Shown: positions 26,726-36,638, counted from the stretch's first letter. The stretch: DNA of 64,000 nt from Candidatus Saccharimonadota bacterium (GCA_016700315.1 CP065013.1:917298-981297); one strand, 5' to 3'. Translations and numbers: made by a program. Notes: generated by a model from the sequence alone, not told the origin.

Positions 26726-27346
26726 ATGAGTAGGTACGTTCCGCCCGATAGTTATACATATGACGGATGTGGCTTGATGTCTACATACGCCCAAAGCAGC
26801 TTGCATGCTGCATACCAGCAAGCCGAGTTGACGGTCTCAACATTGCGACTTATGCCAGCAGACGTCAGTAAATCCTGTATGTCAATTGTAGATTCTAGAC
26901 TGCCTTGTCAAAGCGAAGCGTTGCAAGCCGAATTTGACATGATTGTTGCTTACTCGGGCACTTTAGTAGTTGCTCAAATGCTACTTACTATAGGCGTAGA
27001 TGCAGAGTTCAAGAAGTCTGTGGCAAGAGATTTCATAAATGATAATCCTTACTCAGTTAAAGCAGACCCAGCTCAAAAAATCTCTACTATTTTTGATGTG
27101 ATGGCCTTGGGCATAAAAAGGCGTCCGGAAACCGTTCCGTTACTAGATTCTCTGGCAGCCAAACGTTTTCAGGAGTTCTACCCAGCCTTAACAATCAGCG
27201 ACGAACTCTGCACCCTAGCAATCAACACGGGTATTGGGGTCACCGCTTTTCGATTGACAGAGTCTTGGGAAAAAGAACGACTGTGGGCAATCTACGCCAA
27301 CGAACAAGCTATAGCTGAACAAAATTGGGAAGAACTTCTCAAGTAG
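26726..27346 (+). CDS. hypothetical 206-aa protein
   Basis: Open frame in the position where rpoB normally follows rplL. No family recognised. Confidence 0.5.
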   Translation: MSRYVPPDSYTYDGCGLMSTYAQSSLHAAYQQAELTVSTLRLMPADVSKSCMSIVDSRLPCQSEALQAEFDMIVAYSGTLVVAQMLLTIGVDAEFKKSVARDFINDNPYSVKADPAQKISTIFDVMALGIKRRPETVPLLDSLAAKRFQEFYPALTISDELCTLAINTGIGVTAFRLTESWEKERLWAIYANEQAIAEQNWEELLK

Positions 27347-27380
27347 TAGGCTTAATGTGGTAAAATGAATTTGCATAATA

Positions 27381-27475
27381 ATATCTAGAGTGCGGGAAGG
27401 GAACTGACCCTCTGATCCGCCGACAACCGAGACGATAAGTCAAACGGTGTCAAATTCAGCCGAAAGGAAAGATAT
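27381..27475 (+). promoter_or_regulatory. SAM-I (S-box) riboswitch aptamer upstream of metK
   Basis: P1 is ATATCT...AGATAT. Core reads AGAGTGCGGGAAGGGAACTGACCCTCTGATCCGCCGACAACC...ACGGTGTCAAATTCAGCC, matching the SAM-I consensus blocks AGAG-GG-GA-GGGA-CUG-CCC-UGA-CC-GCAACC...GGUGC-AA-UCC with a few substitutions. Confidence 0.75.
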
Positions 27476-27495
27476 GCATAAGATTATCGACAACT

Positions 27496-27533
27496 AAAGC
27501 TTGGCCTGTATAGCCGGGCTTTTTATATTTTTT
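27496..27533 (+). terminator. riboswitch expression-platform terminator
   Basis: AAAGCTTGGC (27496-505) pairs with GCCGGGCTTT (27513-22), including two G-U pairs. TTTTATATTTTTT follows. Confidence 0.6.
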
Positions 27534-27598
27534 GTGAAACTAGGCTTAATTTTCAATTATCAATTTACAATTTTTCAAAACAAGGAGAATAAAATTAC

Positions 27599-28570
27599 AT
27601 GTCAAACTTCAGAACAGCAGAAAGTGTTAGCCCTAAGCATCCAGATAAACTTTGTGATCAAATTAGCGATGCAGTATTGGACGCCTATCTTAGCGGAGAT
27701 CCTAATTCACGAGTAGCGATTGAAACTGTTGGAGGTCATGGCAAAGTGTTTGTTGTCGGCGAAGTCACTTCTAAAGTACACCCAGAAATAGAACCAATAG
27801 TTAAAAGAATAGCTGGCGAAGATGTCGAAGTAGAAGTTCGGCTAGTTAAGCAGAGTCCAGAAATTGCGGCAGGTGTTGACATCGGCGGAGCAGGAGATCA
27901 AGGTATTATGGTTGGCTATGCTTGCAATGAAACTCCTCAGCTTTTACCACTCGAGGTAGTTCTTTCGAGAAGTTTGAATCAATTTTTGTTTGATAAATGG
28001 CCCTACGACGGAAAAACACAAATTACACTCAAAAATAACATGATCACTAGCGTTGTTGCTAGTTTTCAAAACGCAAAAAAAACCGAGCTAGAAAACGCTG
28101 TCAAAGATTGGCTCTCGACGATAGACTCGCCTACCGAAAAGTCTGCAAATCTACACATAAACCCGGCTGGCGACTGGCACCAGGGAGGTTTTGACGCCGA
28201 TACGGGACTAACCGGGCGAAAACTAGTAGTTGACAACTACGGACCACGCATACCGATTGGCGGTGGTTGTTTTAGTGGTAAAGACCCAAGCAAAGTTGAT
28301 CGCTCTGCTGCATATATGGCACGACAAATAGCTATCGACTATCTGAAAAAAAGCGGCGCTCGTGAAGTATTTTGCCACTTAGCCTACGCGATTGGCTACG
28401 CCGAACCGCTAGAAGCCACAGTGACAATCGACGGCAAGCAAGAAGAAGTAAAAGGTTACAACCTGACACCGAAGGGTATTATTGATTACTTAGACTTAAA
28501 GCGTCCGCAGTACGAGCAAACAGCTCGTTACGGACACTTCGGTCACCCCGACTTCTCCTGGGAGTGTTAG
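27599..28570 (+). CDS. metK: S-adenosylmethionine synthetase, compact 323-aa form
   Basis: HPDKLCDQISDAVLDAYL, GAGDQGIMVGYA, DADTGLTGRKLVVDNYG and GGGCFSGKDPSKVDRSAAY are canonical MetK motifs. It is about 60-70 aa shorter than typical bacterial MetK. Confidence 0.9.
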   Translation: MSNFRTAESVSPKHPDKLCDQISDAVLDAYLSGDPNSRVAIETVGGHGKVFVVGEVTSKVHPEIEPIVKRIAGEDVEVEVRLVKQSPEIAAGVDIGGAGDQGIMVGYACNETPQLLPLEVVLSRSLNQFLFDKWPYDGKTQITLKNNMITSVVASFQNAKKTELENAVKDWLSTIDSPTEKSANLHINPAGDWHQGGFDADTGLTGRKLVVDNYGPRIPIGGGCFSGKDPSKVDRSAAYMARQIAIDYLKKSGAREVFCHLAYAIGYAEPLEATVTIDGKQEEVKGYNLTPKGIIDYLDLKRPQYEQTARYGHFGHPDFSWEC

Positions 28571-28571
28571 G

Positions 28572-29261
28572 CTACTGGCCGGCTTTACTAGTGTCGAAAT
28601 TAACACTTGGCACATAGACTTGCCAGTCGGCTAGCTGACTAGTCGACAAACTTTGAGCGTTTTTTACGGCAGTGGCTACATCATTTTTAGCAATATCTAC
28701 TTTTTGGCCGATCTCTAGCAGTTTATCGTGGCCGTTTTGGGTTAATGCTGTTTCGGCAGCGACAATCTGGGCTTCAGACAGGTTAACCTTTTCCGTCAGA
28801 CCGTAAGTTTGAATAGCCTTACGCGCAAGGACGGTGTAGGAATCGCCAGTTTGAGCCGTATAACTAAATACATCGCCGCTCGTAGTTACAGTGGCGCCGC
28901 CTACCATGCCGTTAGCTTCTTCTGCAACCTTTGTTGTAGACGGTGTACTATTACCAGCTGTCGCGGTTGTCGACGAAGAAGCGGCCGCATCGGCTGCTTG
29001 AGTAGTTGGCGCTTCGGCCGTCGGTGCAGCCTGTTGCACAGCCGAGGCATCAATACTACCCTCTGATGTAACAGTAAGACCGTCTCCCGAACCAGATTCT
29101 TTTTCTACTGTTTCAAGTTGGTTCTGGGCTGATTGATTTTTTGGCTCGGCTAACTCTTGTTTTGTTTTATGAAATACACTAGCAACAGCAATACCCAAAA
29201 GTATTGCTATTACGATACTTGTGCTACGGCGGAAATTAGAGCTTTTCATTTTACCCTCCAT
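28572..29261 (-). CDS. membrane-anchored protein with Ala/Thr/Ser-rich linker and C-terminal LysM-like domain
   Basis: N-terminal TM (IVIAILLGIAVASVF), a low-complexity linker, then YTAQTGDSYTVLARKA...IGQKVDI. Confidence 0.55.
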   Translation of the reverse strand: MEGKMKSSNFRRSTSIVIAILLGIAVASVFHKTKQELAEPKNQSAQNQLETVEKESGSGDGLTVTSEGSIDASAVQQAAPTAEAPTTQAADAAASSSTTATAGNSTPSTTKVAEEANGMVGGATVTTSGDVFSYTAQTGDSYTVLARKAIQTYGLTEKVNLSEAQIVAAETALTQNGHDKLLEIGQKVDIAKNDVATAVKNAQSLSTSQLADWQVYVPSVNFDTSKAGQ

Positions 29262-29502
29262 TTTTGTCCCACCATTTTTGATTTATAACTTTACTATAGC
29301 ATAAGCGTTAGAAAATGAAAATTTTAAGTAGCATTTAAGTTGACTTCAGGATAATTTCTAACAAGAAGACAGAGCAGGAGATACTTAATTTATCCACAGA
29401 TTCCCATGTTTTTCTTTGACTAAATTGTGGGTTCGTGCTACGTTTAGGTGGAATATTGCGAGTAAAACAAAAGGGGTTTCTAGGAAATAGGGGTAAACAA
29501 AA

Positions 29503-30012
29503 ATGGCAGATGTACCAGATAAACAGATTAAGAGGTTGAGAGCCTTAATCGGCGAAGCCGAAACAAACTTAGCGGCAGCCAAGGAATTGTTATCTTCACT
29601 TGTAGGAGATGATCCGGCAGCAACTCATGCAACAACCGAGGAAAACATCGGTAAAGTAATCGAAGGAGTTTTCGACGGGCAAAATATGGTGGGCGCAGAC
29701 GGCAAAACCTACCCAGTTCCAGCTAACTACGCCAGTAAATCAAAACTAGTTCAAGGCGACATCTTGAAGCTCACTATCGCTGATGACGGGGCCTTTATGT
29801 ACAAACAAATAGGCCCAATCCCACGTAAGCAAGTTGTAGGTGTATTAACCCAGGACCAAGGACACTATATCGTTACTGTCGGGGAAAGAGAGTTCCGAGT
29901 ACTACTAGCAAGCGTCACCTACTTCAAAGCCAAGCCTGGCGATCAGGTTAGTATTAATGTTCCCGAAGACGATAAAGACGCCGAGTGGGCAGCACTAGAA
30001 GCCGCACTCTAG
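29503..30012 (+). CDS. hypothetical 169-aa protein
   Basis: Open frame with an SD-like AGGGG upstream. N-terminal coiled-coil-like segment and a beta-rich C-terminus. No family recognised. Confidence 0.5.
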   Translation: MADVPDKQIKRLRALIGEAETNLAAAKELLSSLVGDDPAATHATTEENIGKVIEGVFDGQNMVGADGKTYPVPANYASKSKLVQGDILKLTIADDGAFMYKQIGPIPRKQVVGVLTQDQGHYIVTVGEREFRVLLASVTYFKAKPGDQVSINVPEDDKDAEWAALEAAL

Positions 30013-30024
30013 TAGAATTACTAG

Positions 30025-30909
30025 GTGACTGATATGAGTTGGCCAGTTTATCTTGTTTCTTATTACTTTTTTGCCGTAGGTCATTCAGTTTTTTCGCGTT
30101 GGTTCGCAGTTCGTACCAAGCTTTCAGCTAGGCTAGTTTCAGCAGTTTCTTATACTCTCGGAGTTCTACCTGTAGGATTGGTAATCGGGCTGTTAGCGGA
30201 CAAAAGAGTGTTTGTTTGGAATGTCGCAACTTTTTCGCTACTTTTTGTGATTGGCTTATTTATATCTGTTTTTGGTATCGCTGCCTATGATTCTAAGAAA
30301 CTGATTACTGTAACAAATTACCTAACACTGTCGCAACTTTATGTTTTGGTGGCTACGCTTCTTGGTTGGGCACTGCTAGGCGAGAAACTAACGCCCAAAC
30401 AAGTTATTGGAGGCATAATAATGCTAGTCGGTTGCTACTTAGCAATCCACTCTGCCAAGCGAAAAGCCGGCAAAGACAAGCATTCGCTACGTGGTTCAGT
30501 GCTGGCTGCAATTTCAGGTATTGCACTGGGCATTGTATTAGTGGCAGAGAAGGCGGCTTTGGGTAAGTTCAATGCGGCAGCCTACTTCATCGTCGGCTAT
30601 GGCGTTCAGGCTTTAGGCACGACAGTAGCGGCGTTACCAGAGTTTCGCCGTAAAACTGTTCATCAACTAAACCGCTTTGAGTTAACTGGTGCAGCTCTTA
30701 CTGGCTTTTTTGCTGCAATGGGCGGTTTTACTTACATCTCGGTTTTAAATAAGCTTAACAACATTGGTTTTGCTATTCTACTCACCACTTTTCAGATGCC
30801 ACTCAGTATAATTGTTAGCCACTTTTGGCTAAAAGAAAAAGATAACGGCTGGCTATTAGTTCTAGCCGCAACTCTGTCGTTTATCGGCTTACTGGTTGTT
30901 GCTTTGTAG
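30025..30909 (+). CDS. EamA/DMT-superfamily transporter
   Basis: 294 aa, about ten TM helices in two repeated halves. LLGWALLGEKLTPKQVIGGIIMLVGCYL is an EamA-type helix. Confidence 0.75.
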   Translation: MTDMSWPVYLVSYYFFAVGHSVFSRWFAVRTKLSARLVSAVSYTLGVLPVGLVIGLLADKRVFVWNVATFSLLFVIGLFISVFGIAAYDSKKLITVTNYLTLSQLYVLVATLLGWALLGEKLTPKQVIGGIIMLVGCYLAIHSAKRKAGKDKHSLRGSVLAAISGIALGIVLVAEKAALGKFNAAAYFIVGYGVQALGTTVAALPEFRRKTVHQLNRFELTGAALTGFFAAMGGFTYISVLNKLNNIGFAILLTTFQMPLSIIVSHFWLKEKDNGWLLVLAATLSFIGLLVVAL

Positions 30910-30979
30910 GCAAATGTAGCTAAAATTACGTAGCATTTATCTGTTAAAGCTGGCGACAATCAGTCATAATAAGTACTAA

Positions 30980-32521
30980 ATGAGGGATGCCTTGTACCGC
31001 CGCTGGCGGCCTAAAAAACTATCGGAAGTCGTAGGACAGGAGCATGTCGTAACGACTCTTACAAACGCACTCAAAAACGGCAATGTACGTCATGCCTACC
31101 TGTTTACTGGCCCTAGAGGTGTCGGCAAGACTACGGTGGCACGAATCCTAGCTCACGAGATAAATGAGCTTGAATACACAGATGAGTCAACGCACTTAGA
31201 TATCATAGAGATTGATGCCGCTAGTAATCGCCGTATTGATGAGATTCGAGACTTGCGCGACAAAGTTCACATTACACCAACTAGCGCAAAGTATAAAGTC
31301 TACATTATTGACGAAGTCCATATGTTGACAAGAGAGGCTTTTAACGCGCTTTTAAAAACGCTCGAAGAACCACCGGAGCACGCTATTTTTATCCTTGCCA
31401 CCACCGAGTTGCACAAAGTGCCGGCTACGATAATCAGCCGAACTCAGCGTTTTCCTTTTCGCCAAATTTCTAGCAATGACATGAAAGCTCACCTCAAAAA
31501 GATTGCAAATGCTGAAAAAATCGACATCGACGATGAAGCAATCGACAAAATTGTGACATACGGAGAAGGCAGCGCTCGTGACTCAATTAGCTTGCTAGAC
31601 CAAATCTCTTCAAGTAAGCGAAAAATCAATAAAGCCGAAGTTGAATCTAGCCTTGGGCTGCCCGCAGACGAGCAAATTAAACTAATCATCGATCACCTGC
31701 AGGCCAAAGATATTTCTGGTATAATTGCGACCATCAATCAGCTGACAATTGAGGGCGTTTCCGCCAATCAAGCAGCAACCAGCTTAGCAAAACACTTGCG
31801 AGCTATGCTTTTAGATAGTACGAATCTAAATAAACGCGCAATACTCAACTTGCTGCGCGAGCTTCTTAGCCTAAATGAGTTCGCCGATCCAATGGCTGCA
31901 CTCGAAATAGCTCTGATTGAGGCTGCCAGTCCGCCTGATAGCTCCGCACCTAACGACTATGTGCCGCCTAATCATGAAACTAGTGTAGAGCAGGATAGTT
32001 CTAAAGAAAACCAAGCTCTGACTTCAGGCAAGGACGAAGCACAGCCCGAAACCGAGACAAAACCTCAAACAGAATCTCCAAATGAAAGCAAAGCTTCTAA
32101 AGATTCTATACGAAAAGAAAAGGTTCCGCCTGAACTTCCTAGGCTTACTAACTCTGCGAAGATTGACTTTGACTGGCTAGCGGTACTGAACAGCGCAAAA
32201 ACAACCCATGGTTCGCTGTATGGTATGCTGCGCATGGCAAGCGCTCGGTTAGAAGGGGACAACCTCTATTTGAGCTTTGCGTTCCCGTTTCATGCTAAGC
32301 AAGCTGGTAATTCCAAGAACAACGCCAAACTGCTGTCGATTATCAACGACCTAGGCTACCCTGTCAGCAAAATAGAAATTGAGCCTTGTCAGCCCGAGTC
32401 CATTGATCAAAATAATTTTGAGTTAGCTGAGCCAATAAAAAATGAGGAGAGCGAAATCCAAAAAAACGACGAGATAGAAACCATAAGCAATATTTTTGGC
32501 GGAGCGGAGTTGTTAGACTAA
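30980..32521 (+). CDS. dnaX: DNA polymerase III subunit gamma/tau
   Basis: YRRWRPKKLSEVVGQEHV, GPRGVGKTT, IIDEVHMLT and SRTQRF are clamp-loader AAA+ motifs. Confidence 0.9.
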   Translation: MRDALYRRWRPKKLSEVVGQEHVVTTLTNALKNGNVRHAYLFTGPRGVGKTTVARILAHEINELEYTDESTHLDIIEIDAASNRRIDEIRDLRDKVHITPTSAKYKVYIIDEVHMLTREAFNALLKTLEEPPEHAIFILATTELHKVPATIISRTQRFPFRQISSNDMKAHLKKIANAEKIDIDDEAIDKIVTYGEGSARDSISLLDQISSSKRKINKAEVESSLGLPADEQIKLIIDHLQAKDISGIIATINQLTIEGVSANQAATSLAKHLRAMLLDSTNLNKRAILNLLRELLSLNEFADPMAALEIALIEAASPPDSSAPNDYVPPNHETSVEQDSSKENQALTSGKDEAQPETETKPQTESPNESKASKDSIRKEKVPPELPRLTNSAKIDFDWLAVLNSAKTTHGSLYGMLRMASARLEGDNLYLSFAFPFHAKQAGNSKNNAKLLSIINDLGYPVSKIEIEPCQPESIDQNNFELAEPIKNEESEIQKNDEIETISNIFGGAELLD

Positions 32522-32525
32522 GATC

Positions 32526-33887
32526 ATGGAACCAAGTTCTGCTAAAATTCCACCCCAAAGTTTAGACGCTGAAAGTTCACTTCTAGGCGCACTGATGCTC
32601 GATGCCGAAGCGATCGTTAAGATCGCTGACATTGTTAGCGCCGACGATTTTTATGAGCAACGTCACCGCTATATTTATGAAGCTGCTAAATCCCTCTACG
32701 ACAATCACCGACCGATTGATGTTCTGACACTAACTGACCAGCTGAAGGGAGCGGATATACTCGATGAGGTTGGTGGGGCTAGCTACATCACTGAATTAAC
32801 AAACTTTGTACCGACTGCGGCCCACGTCGAAGAATATGCCAACATAGTTGCCACCAAAGCCATGCGCCGCCGTTTAATCCGCGCCTCGCAAGACATTGCC
32901 GAGCTAGGCTTTAACGAACAAAAATCTTTGCAAGAATTAATCGAAACAGCAGAGCAACGACTCTTTGAAGTTAGCCAGGCCGGAACTGGTCAGGACCTAG
33001 TCAGTATTGAGGACGTTCTAGGCGATAGTTTTGAGCGACTTGACGAGCTCCACAAGGACAAGGGCAAGATTCGCGGCGTATCTACTGGCTATAGAGACCT
33101 AGACAACAAGCTCGCTGGCTTCCAAAAAAGTGACCTCATAGTTTTGGCTGCGAGACCAAGCATGGGTAAAACGGCGCTAGCTCTAAACTTTGCGCAGAAT
33201 GTGGCAATTAAGGCCAAATCAAGCGTGCTGTTTTTCTCGCTCGAAATGAGTAAAGAACAGTTGGTCGATCGTATGCTAGCCAGTGAAGCAGGAGTAGACT
33301 CGTGGAACTTGCGCACAGGCAACCTGACCGACCAAGATTTTGAGAAGATCAGCCACGCTATGGGCACCCTTGGTGAGGCGCCGATTTATATCGACGACAC
33401 ACCTGGGCTAACAGTCAGTGATTTGCGCACCAAGGCCCGTCGAGAAGCCCACAAGAGAGATGTCGGCTTAGTAATTGTCGACTACTTACAGCTGATGAGT
33501 GGCGGCTCTCGTTTTGGCGGCGACTCGAACCGCGTTCAGGAAATTTCTGAGATTTCTCGTGGCCTCAAAGGCATAGCCAGAGAGCTAAATGTGCCCGTTA
33601 TTGCACTAAGCCAATTAAGCCGCTCCGTTGAGAGCCGTCACCCACAGATACCGCAACTGGCCGACCTTCGTGAGTCGGGTTCGATTGAGCAGGATGCCGA
33701 CCTTGTAATGTTCATTTATCGTGAAGATTACTATAATCCTGATACCGAGCGAAAAGGAATTGTTGATCTATTAATTAAGAAGCATCGTAACGGTCCTGTT
33801 GGACAGATAGAACTATTCTTTGATAACGAAAAGCAGCGATTCAGAAGCCTCGATACAAGGCGCAGCGAGCCGACTTTTGATAGCTAG
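32526..33887 (+). CDS. dnaB: replicative DNA helicase DnaB
   Basis: PPQSLDAESSLLGALMLD N-terminus, Walker A ARPSMGKTALAL, and VIVDYLQLM, ALSQLSR, IKKHRNGPVG. Confidence 0.95.
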   Translation: MEPSSAKIPPQSLDAESSLLGALMLDAEAIVKIADIVSADDFYEQRHRYIYEAAKSLYDNHRPIDVLTLTDQLKGADILDEVGGASYITELTNFVPTAAHVEEYANIVATKAMRRRLIRASQDIAELGFNEQKSLQELIETAEQRLFEVSQAGTGQDLVSIEDVLGDSFERLDELHKDKGKIRGVSTGYRDLDNKLAGFQKSDLIVLAARPSMGKTALALNFAQNVAIKAKSSVLFFSLEMSKEQLVDRMLASEAGVDSWNLRTGNLTDQDFEKISHAMGTLGEAPIYIDDTPGLTVSDLRTKARREAHKRDVGLVIVDYLQLMSGGSRFGGDSNRVQEISEISRGLKGIARELNVPVIALSQLSRSVESRHPQIPQLADLRESGSIEQDADLVMFIYREDYYNPDTERKGIVDLLIKKHRNGPVGQIELFFDNEKQRFRSLDTRRSEPTFDS

Positions 33888-33888
33888 G

Positions 33889-34345
33889 GGTTAGGGCGAG
33901 TTGATAGTTTATGGTTGATGGTTTATAGAAGAGCCAGGGTTAGGTTAGAGGTTAGAGTGATTAGGGCTACGGACTAGTAGCAAGTAGCTAGCAGTTAGTA
34001 GTTAGTAAAAATTACTCCGTACCGCGTACCGTTCAAGTAGAGTCAAGAGTCAAGAGTCATGAGCCAAGAACTAGGGACTAGGGACTGGTAGTTAGTAGTT
34101 AGTAGTTAGTAGTTAGTAGTTAGTAGTTAGTAAAAATTACTCCGTACCGCGTACCACAGGGGGGCGGGGGGGGGGGAGACTGTACTGCGTACCTGTCGTC
34201 CAAATAGAGCCAAGAGTCAATAGTCACGAGCCAAGAACTAGGGTCTAGGGTCCAGGGTCTATTTTAGAATTTAGGGCTTTAGAATTTAGAATTTTACGCT
34301 TGCTACTTACTACTAACTACTAGCTACTTGCTACTAGCCCCTCAA
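33889..34345. repeat. mosaic heptamer-repeat intergenic element, copy C (reverse orientation, internally duplicated, contains a G6CG11 tract)
   Basis: Same module set as copy B. The block GTTAGTAGTTAGTAAAAATTACTCCGTACCGCGTACC occurs twice. G6-C-G11 lies at 34159-34176. It ends with the conserved TATTTTAGAATTTAG...GAATTTTACGCTTGC core. Confidence 0.85.
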
Positions 34346-34403
34346 CGCTACAAGCTAATCGCTAGCCCACCTCGCTGCTCATTCGTCATTCTGACGAATT
34401 GGG

Positions 34404-35600
34404 GTGTATACTAAAATTATGAAGGTGGATGTCGCCGATTTTGCCAAAAGGTTTGCAACCAGAAGTACCATACTGGGAATGATTGGCTTATTAGCAGTAT
34501 TCTTTCTTTATACCTATAATCTTGATGGTGTTCAGCCAAATATGTCCAGCCGTGAAGTTACGAGTATTGGTCGTTCGGTTACGAGAGAAGACATTCAGGC
34601 TAATCCTCTATACCTACCACATAGAGCAGGGTCGTATGTGTTAAATCGTTTAGGTATTCAAAAAGTCGAAGCCTACCGTGCAATTTCCGCATTTTTTGTA
34701 GTCGCAGTTATATTCCTGTTCTACCGGTTGATGCGCAAATGGCACTCTCCAAAAATTGCAGCTGTCAGCACGGCACTGCTAGCTAGTTCTAGCTGGCTAT
34801 TAGCAGTTGGACGAAACGCGACACCTACTTCGTTATTTTTGATATGGTTTGTACTGATTGAGGGTTTATTCTGGATAAGACATAGTTCTCGTCGTCGTTT
34901 GGCTATTTACCTAGCTACTCTAGTAACTTTAGTCGCGCTCTACGTCCCAGGAACCATATATTTGTTGATAATCTTCGCCATTTTATATGGAAAAAGGGCG
35001 TCAACTTTATTTAGAAAACTAGCACTAAAGCACCAACTGATCTTGATAACATTTACGGCAATCTTTGTTGGTCTGCTATCCTACGCGCTGTTTAAGAACC
35101 ATCTGATTAAGGAATGGCTGTTAATACCAGACCCGCTGACACCAAAAATCTTCATGCAAAACTTAATCGCATTACCAAGAGCGTTATTCTATGCTGCGCC
35201 GTACCGACCTGAGTTTTGGATTGCCGGCTTGCCACTACTTGATTTATTCAGTGGAACAATGCTGCTTCTAGGACTTTACGCTTACCGCTATTACCTGCGT
35301 ATGAAACGCACTCCTTTAGTCTGGATATGTCTGCTTACAATCACCTCGATAGTTGGATTCGCCGGTCTAGAGGTAGCCATAATGCTGGTTCCGTTTTTGT
35401 ACATAGTTATCGCCAATGGCATGACATTTATGCTCGGTACTTGGTTTGAAACTTTCCCGAAAAATCCAATTGCAAAGAATCTTGGTGTAGTGATTATGGC
35501 GATAGCTATTGGCTTTAGTATGTTTTACCACTTTGAACGATACTTTGTGGCTTGGCCAAAATCTCCCGCCACTAAAGAGCTTTACTCGATCAAACAATAG
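34404..35600 (+). CDS. polytopic membrane protein, possibly GT-C-type (ArnT/PMT-like) glycosyltransferase
   Basis: 398 aa with about 10 TM helices and no soluble domain. The family call rests only on general architecture. Confidence 0.45.
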   Translation: MYTKIMKVDVADFAKRFATRSTILGMIGLLAVFFLYTYNLDGVQPNMSSREVTSIGRSVTREDIQANPLYLPHRAGSYVLNRLGIQKVEAYRAISAFFVVAVIFLFYRLMRKWHSPKIAAVSTALLASSSWLLAVGRNATPTSLFLIWFVLIEGLFWIRHSSRRRLAIYLATLVTLVALYVPGTIYLLIIFAILYGKRASTLFRKLALKHQLILITFTAIFVGLLSYALFKNHLIKEWLLIPDPLTPKIFMQNLIALPRALFYAAPYRPEFWIAGLPLLDLFSGTMLLLGLYAYRYYLRMKRTPLVWICLLTITSIVGFAGLEVAIMLVPFLYIVIANGMTFMLGTWFETFPKNPIAKNLGVVIMAIAIGFSMFYHFERYFVAWPKSPATKELYSIKQ

Positions 35601-35654
35601 AGCTACAACGATCTGGGTCTATCTGTTAAAATATAAGCAAAGTAAGGAGATGAT

Positions 35655-35948
35655 ATGTCAAAATTTGATCAGGCTAAAATGTTAATGCAAGTGAAAAAAG
35701 TTCAAAAAGAATTGCAGAACGCAGTTATTCGAGTAACCGCCGGTGAGGGAGCAGTAACCGTAGAAATGACTGGCGAGATGAAGCTAAAAAAAGTCAAAAT
35801 CGATCCAGATTATGTCGACCTTGAGGACATCGGCCAGTTGGAGCGCTGGGTTGAAGAAGGCGTCAAGGAAGCAATTGCAGCCAGTCAAAAACATGCTCAA
35901 GAGAAGATGGCGCCGTTTATGGGCATGCTCGGCAATATGGGAATGTAG
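35655..35948 (+). CDS. ybaB: YbaB/EbfC-family nucleoid-associated protein
   Basis: 97 aa. MLMQVKKVQKELQNAVIRVTAGEGAVTVEMTGEMKLKKVKIDP is the typical YbaB pattern. Lies upstream of recR. Confidence 0.85.
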   Translation: MSKFDQAKMLMQVKKVQKELQNAVIRVTAGEGAVTVEMTGEMKLKKVKIDPDYVDLEDIGQLERWVEEGVKEAIAASQKHAQEKMAPFMGMLGNMGM

Positions 35949-35980
35949 AGTGGACCAGTTTTCAATTTTCAAAGAATCTT

Positions 35981-36010
35981 CTTCGTTCATCGTTCATCGT
36001 TTATCGTTAC
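35981..36010. repeat. period-7 array (CGTTCAT) between ybaB and recR
   Basis: CTTCGTTCAT CGTTCAT CGTTTAT CGTTAC. Confidence 0.8.
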
Positions 36011-36032
36011 TTACCTCTGACGGAGTCCAAAG

Positions 36033-36638
36033 TTGAGTGTTTTACCCAAGTCATTACAGGATTTGATCGAAGCTTTGGGTGCTTTGCCCGGAGTCGGCAT
36101 TCGCAGTGCGGAGCGCTACGCCTACTTTTTATTGAAGCGCGAGCCCGCAACCTCCCAGAAACTGGCTGATGCTCTCCGCACGTTACACGAAGGCATTAAG
36201 ACATGTCCTATAACCTACATGTGGATCGATAGTTCTAAAAATGTAAGCGAGCTATACGACGACAATAACCGTGACAAAACGGTTGTTGCAGTTGTGGCTG
36301 ATGCATTTGACGTGATCGCCTTAGAACGAACCGGTCTGTACCGCGGAACTTACCATGTTCTGGGAGGGCTAATATCGCCGATAGACGGCGTCGGGCCAAA
36401 TGAACTTCACATTCCCGAGCTAATTAAGCGTATCGATAAAGACAATGTGGCTGAAGTCATTTTAGCGACTAATGCTGGCGTCGAAGGTCAAACAACCGCA
36501 TTATATATTCAGCAACAGTTAAGTGACACAAAAGTAAAAATAACGCGTCTTGCACAAGGCCTGAGCGTAGGAGTCGACTTAGAATACGCCGATCAACTCT
36601 CGCTCGGCCGCGCCTTAGAAGGCCGCACCATTTTATAA
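36033..36638 (+). CDS. recR: recombination protein RecR
   Basis: LIEALGALPGVGIRSAERYAYFLL (HhH), then Toprim (VVAVVADAFDVIALERTGLYRGTYHVLGG, EVILATNAGVEGQTTALY). Confidence 0.9.
   Translation: MSVLPKSLQDLIEALGALPGVGIRSAERYAYFLLKREPATSQKLADALRTLHEGIKTCPITYMWIDSSKNVSELYDDNNRDKTVVAVVADAFDVIALERTGLYRGTYHVLGGLISPIDGVGPNELHIPELIKRIDKDNVAEVILATNAGVEGQTTALYIQQQLSDTKVKITRLAQGLSVGVDLEYADQLSLGRALEGRTIL

Noticed and set aside
27501-27716. 71-aa plus-strand ORF overlapping the riboswitch terminator and the metK start
   Set aside because: It begins inside the terminator hairpin and runs out of frame across the metK start. metK has a proper AAGGAG SD and full-length homology motifs.
29390-29398. Perfect DnaA box TTATCCACA (with a second one, TGTGGATAA, at 62904-62912), raising the possibility of oriC near dnaX/dnaB
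   Set aside because: There are only two isolated perfect 9-mers 33 kb apart. Roughly 0.5 would be expected by chance in 64 kb on two strands. No cluster of boxes, no adjacent AT-rich unwinding element and no dnaA/dnaN are present, so this is not enough to call an origin.
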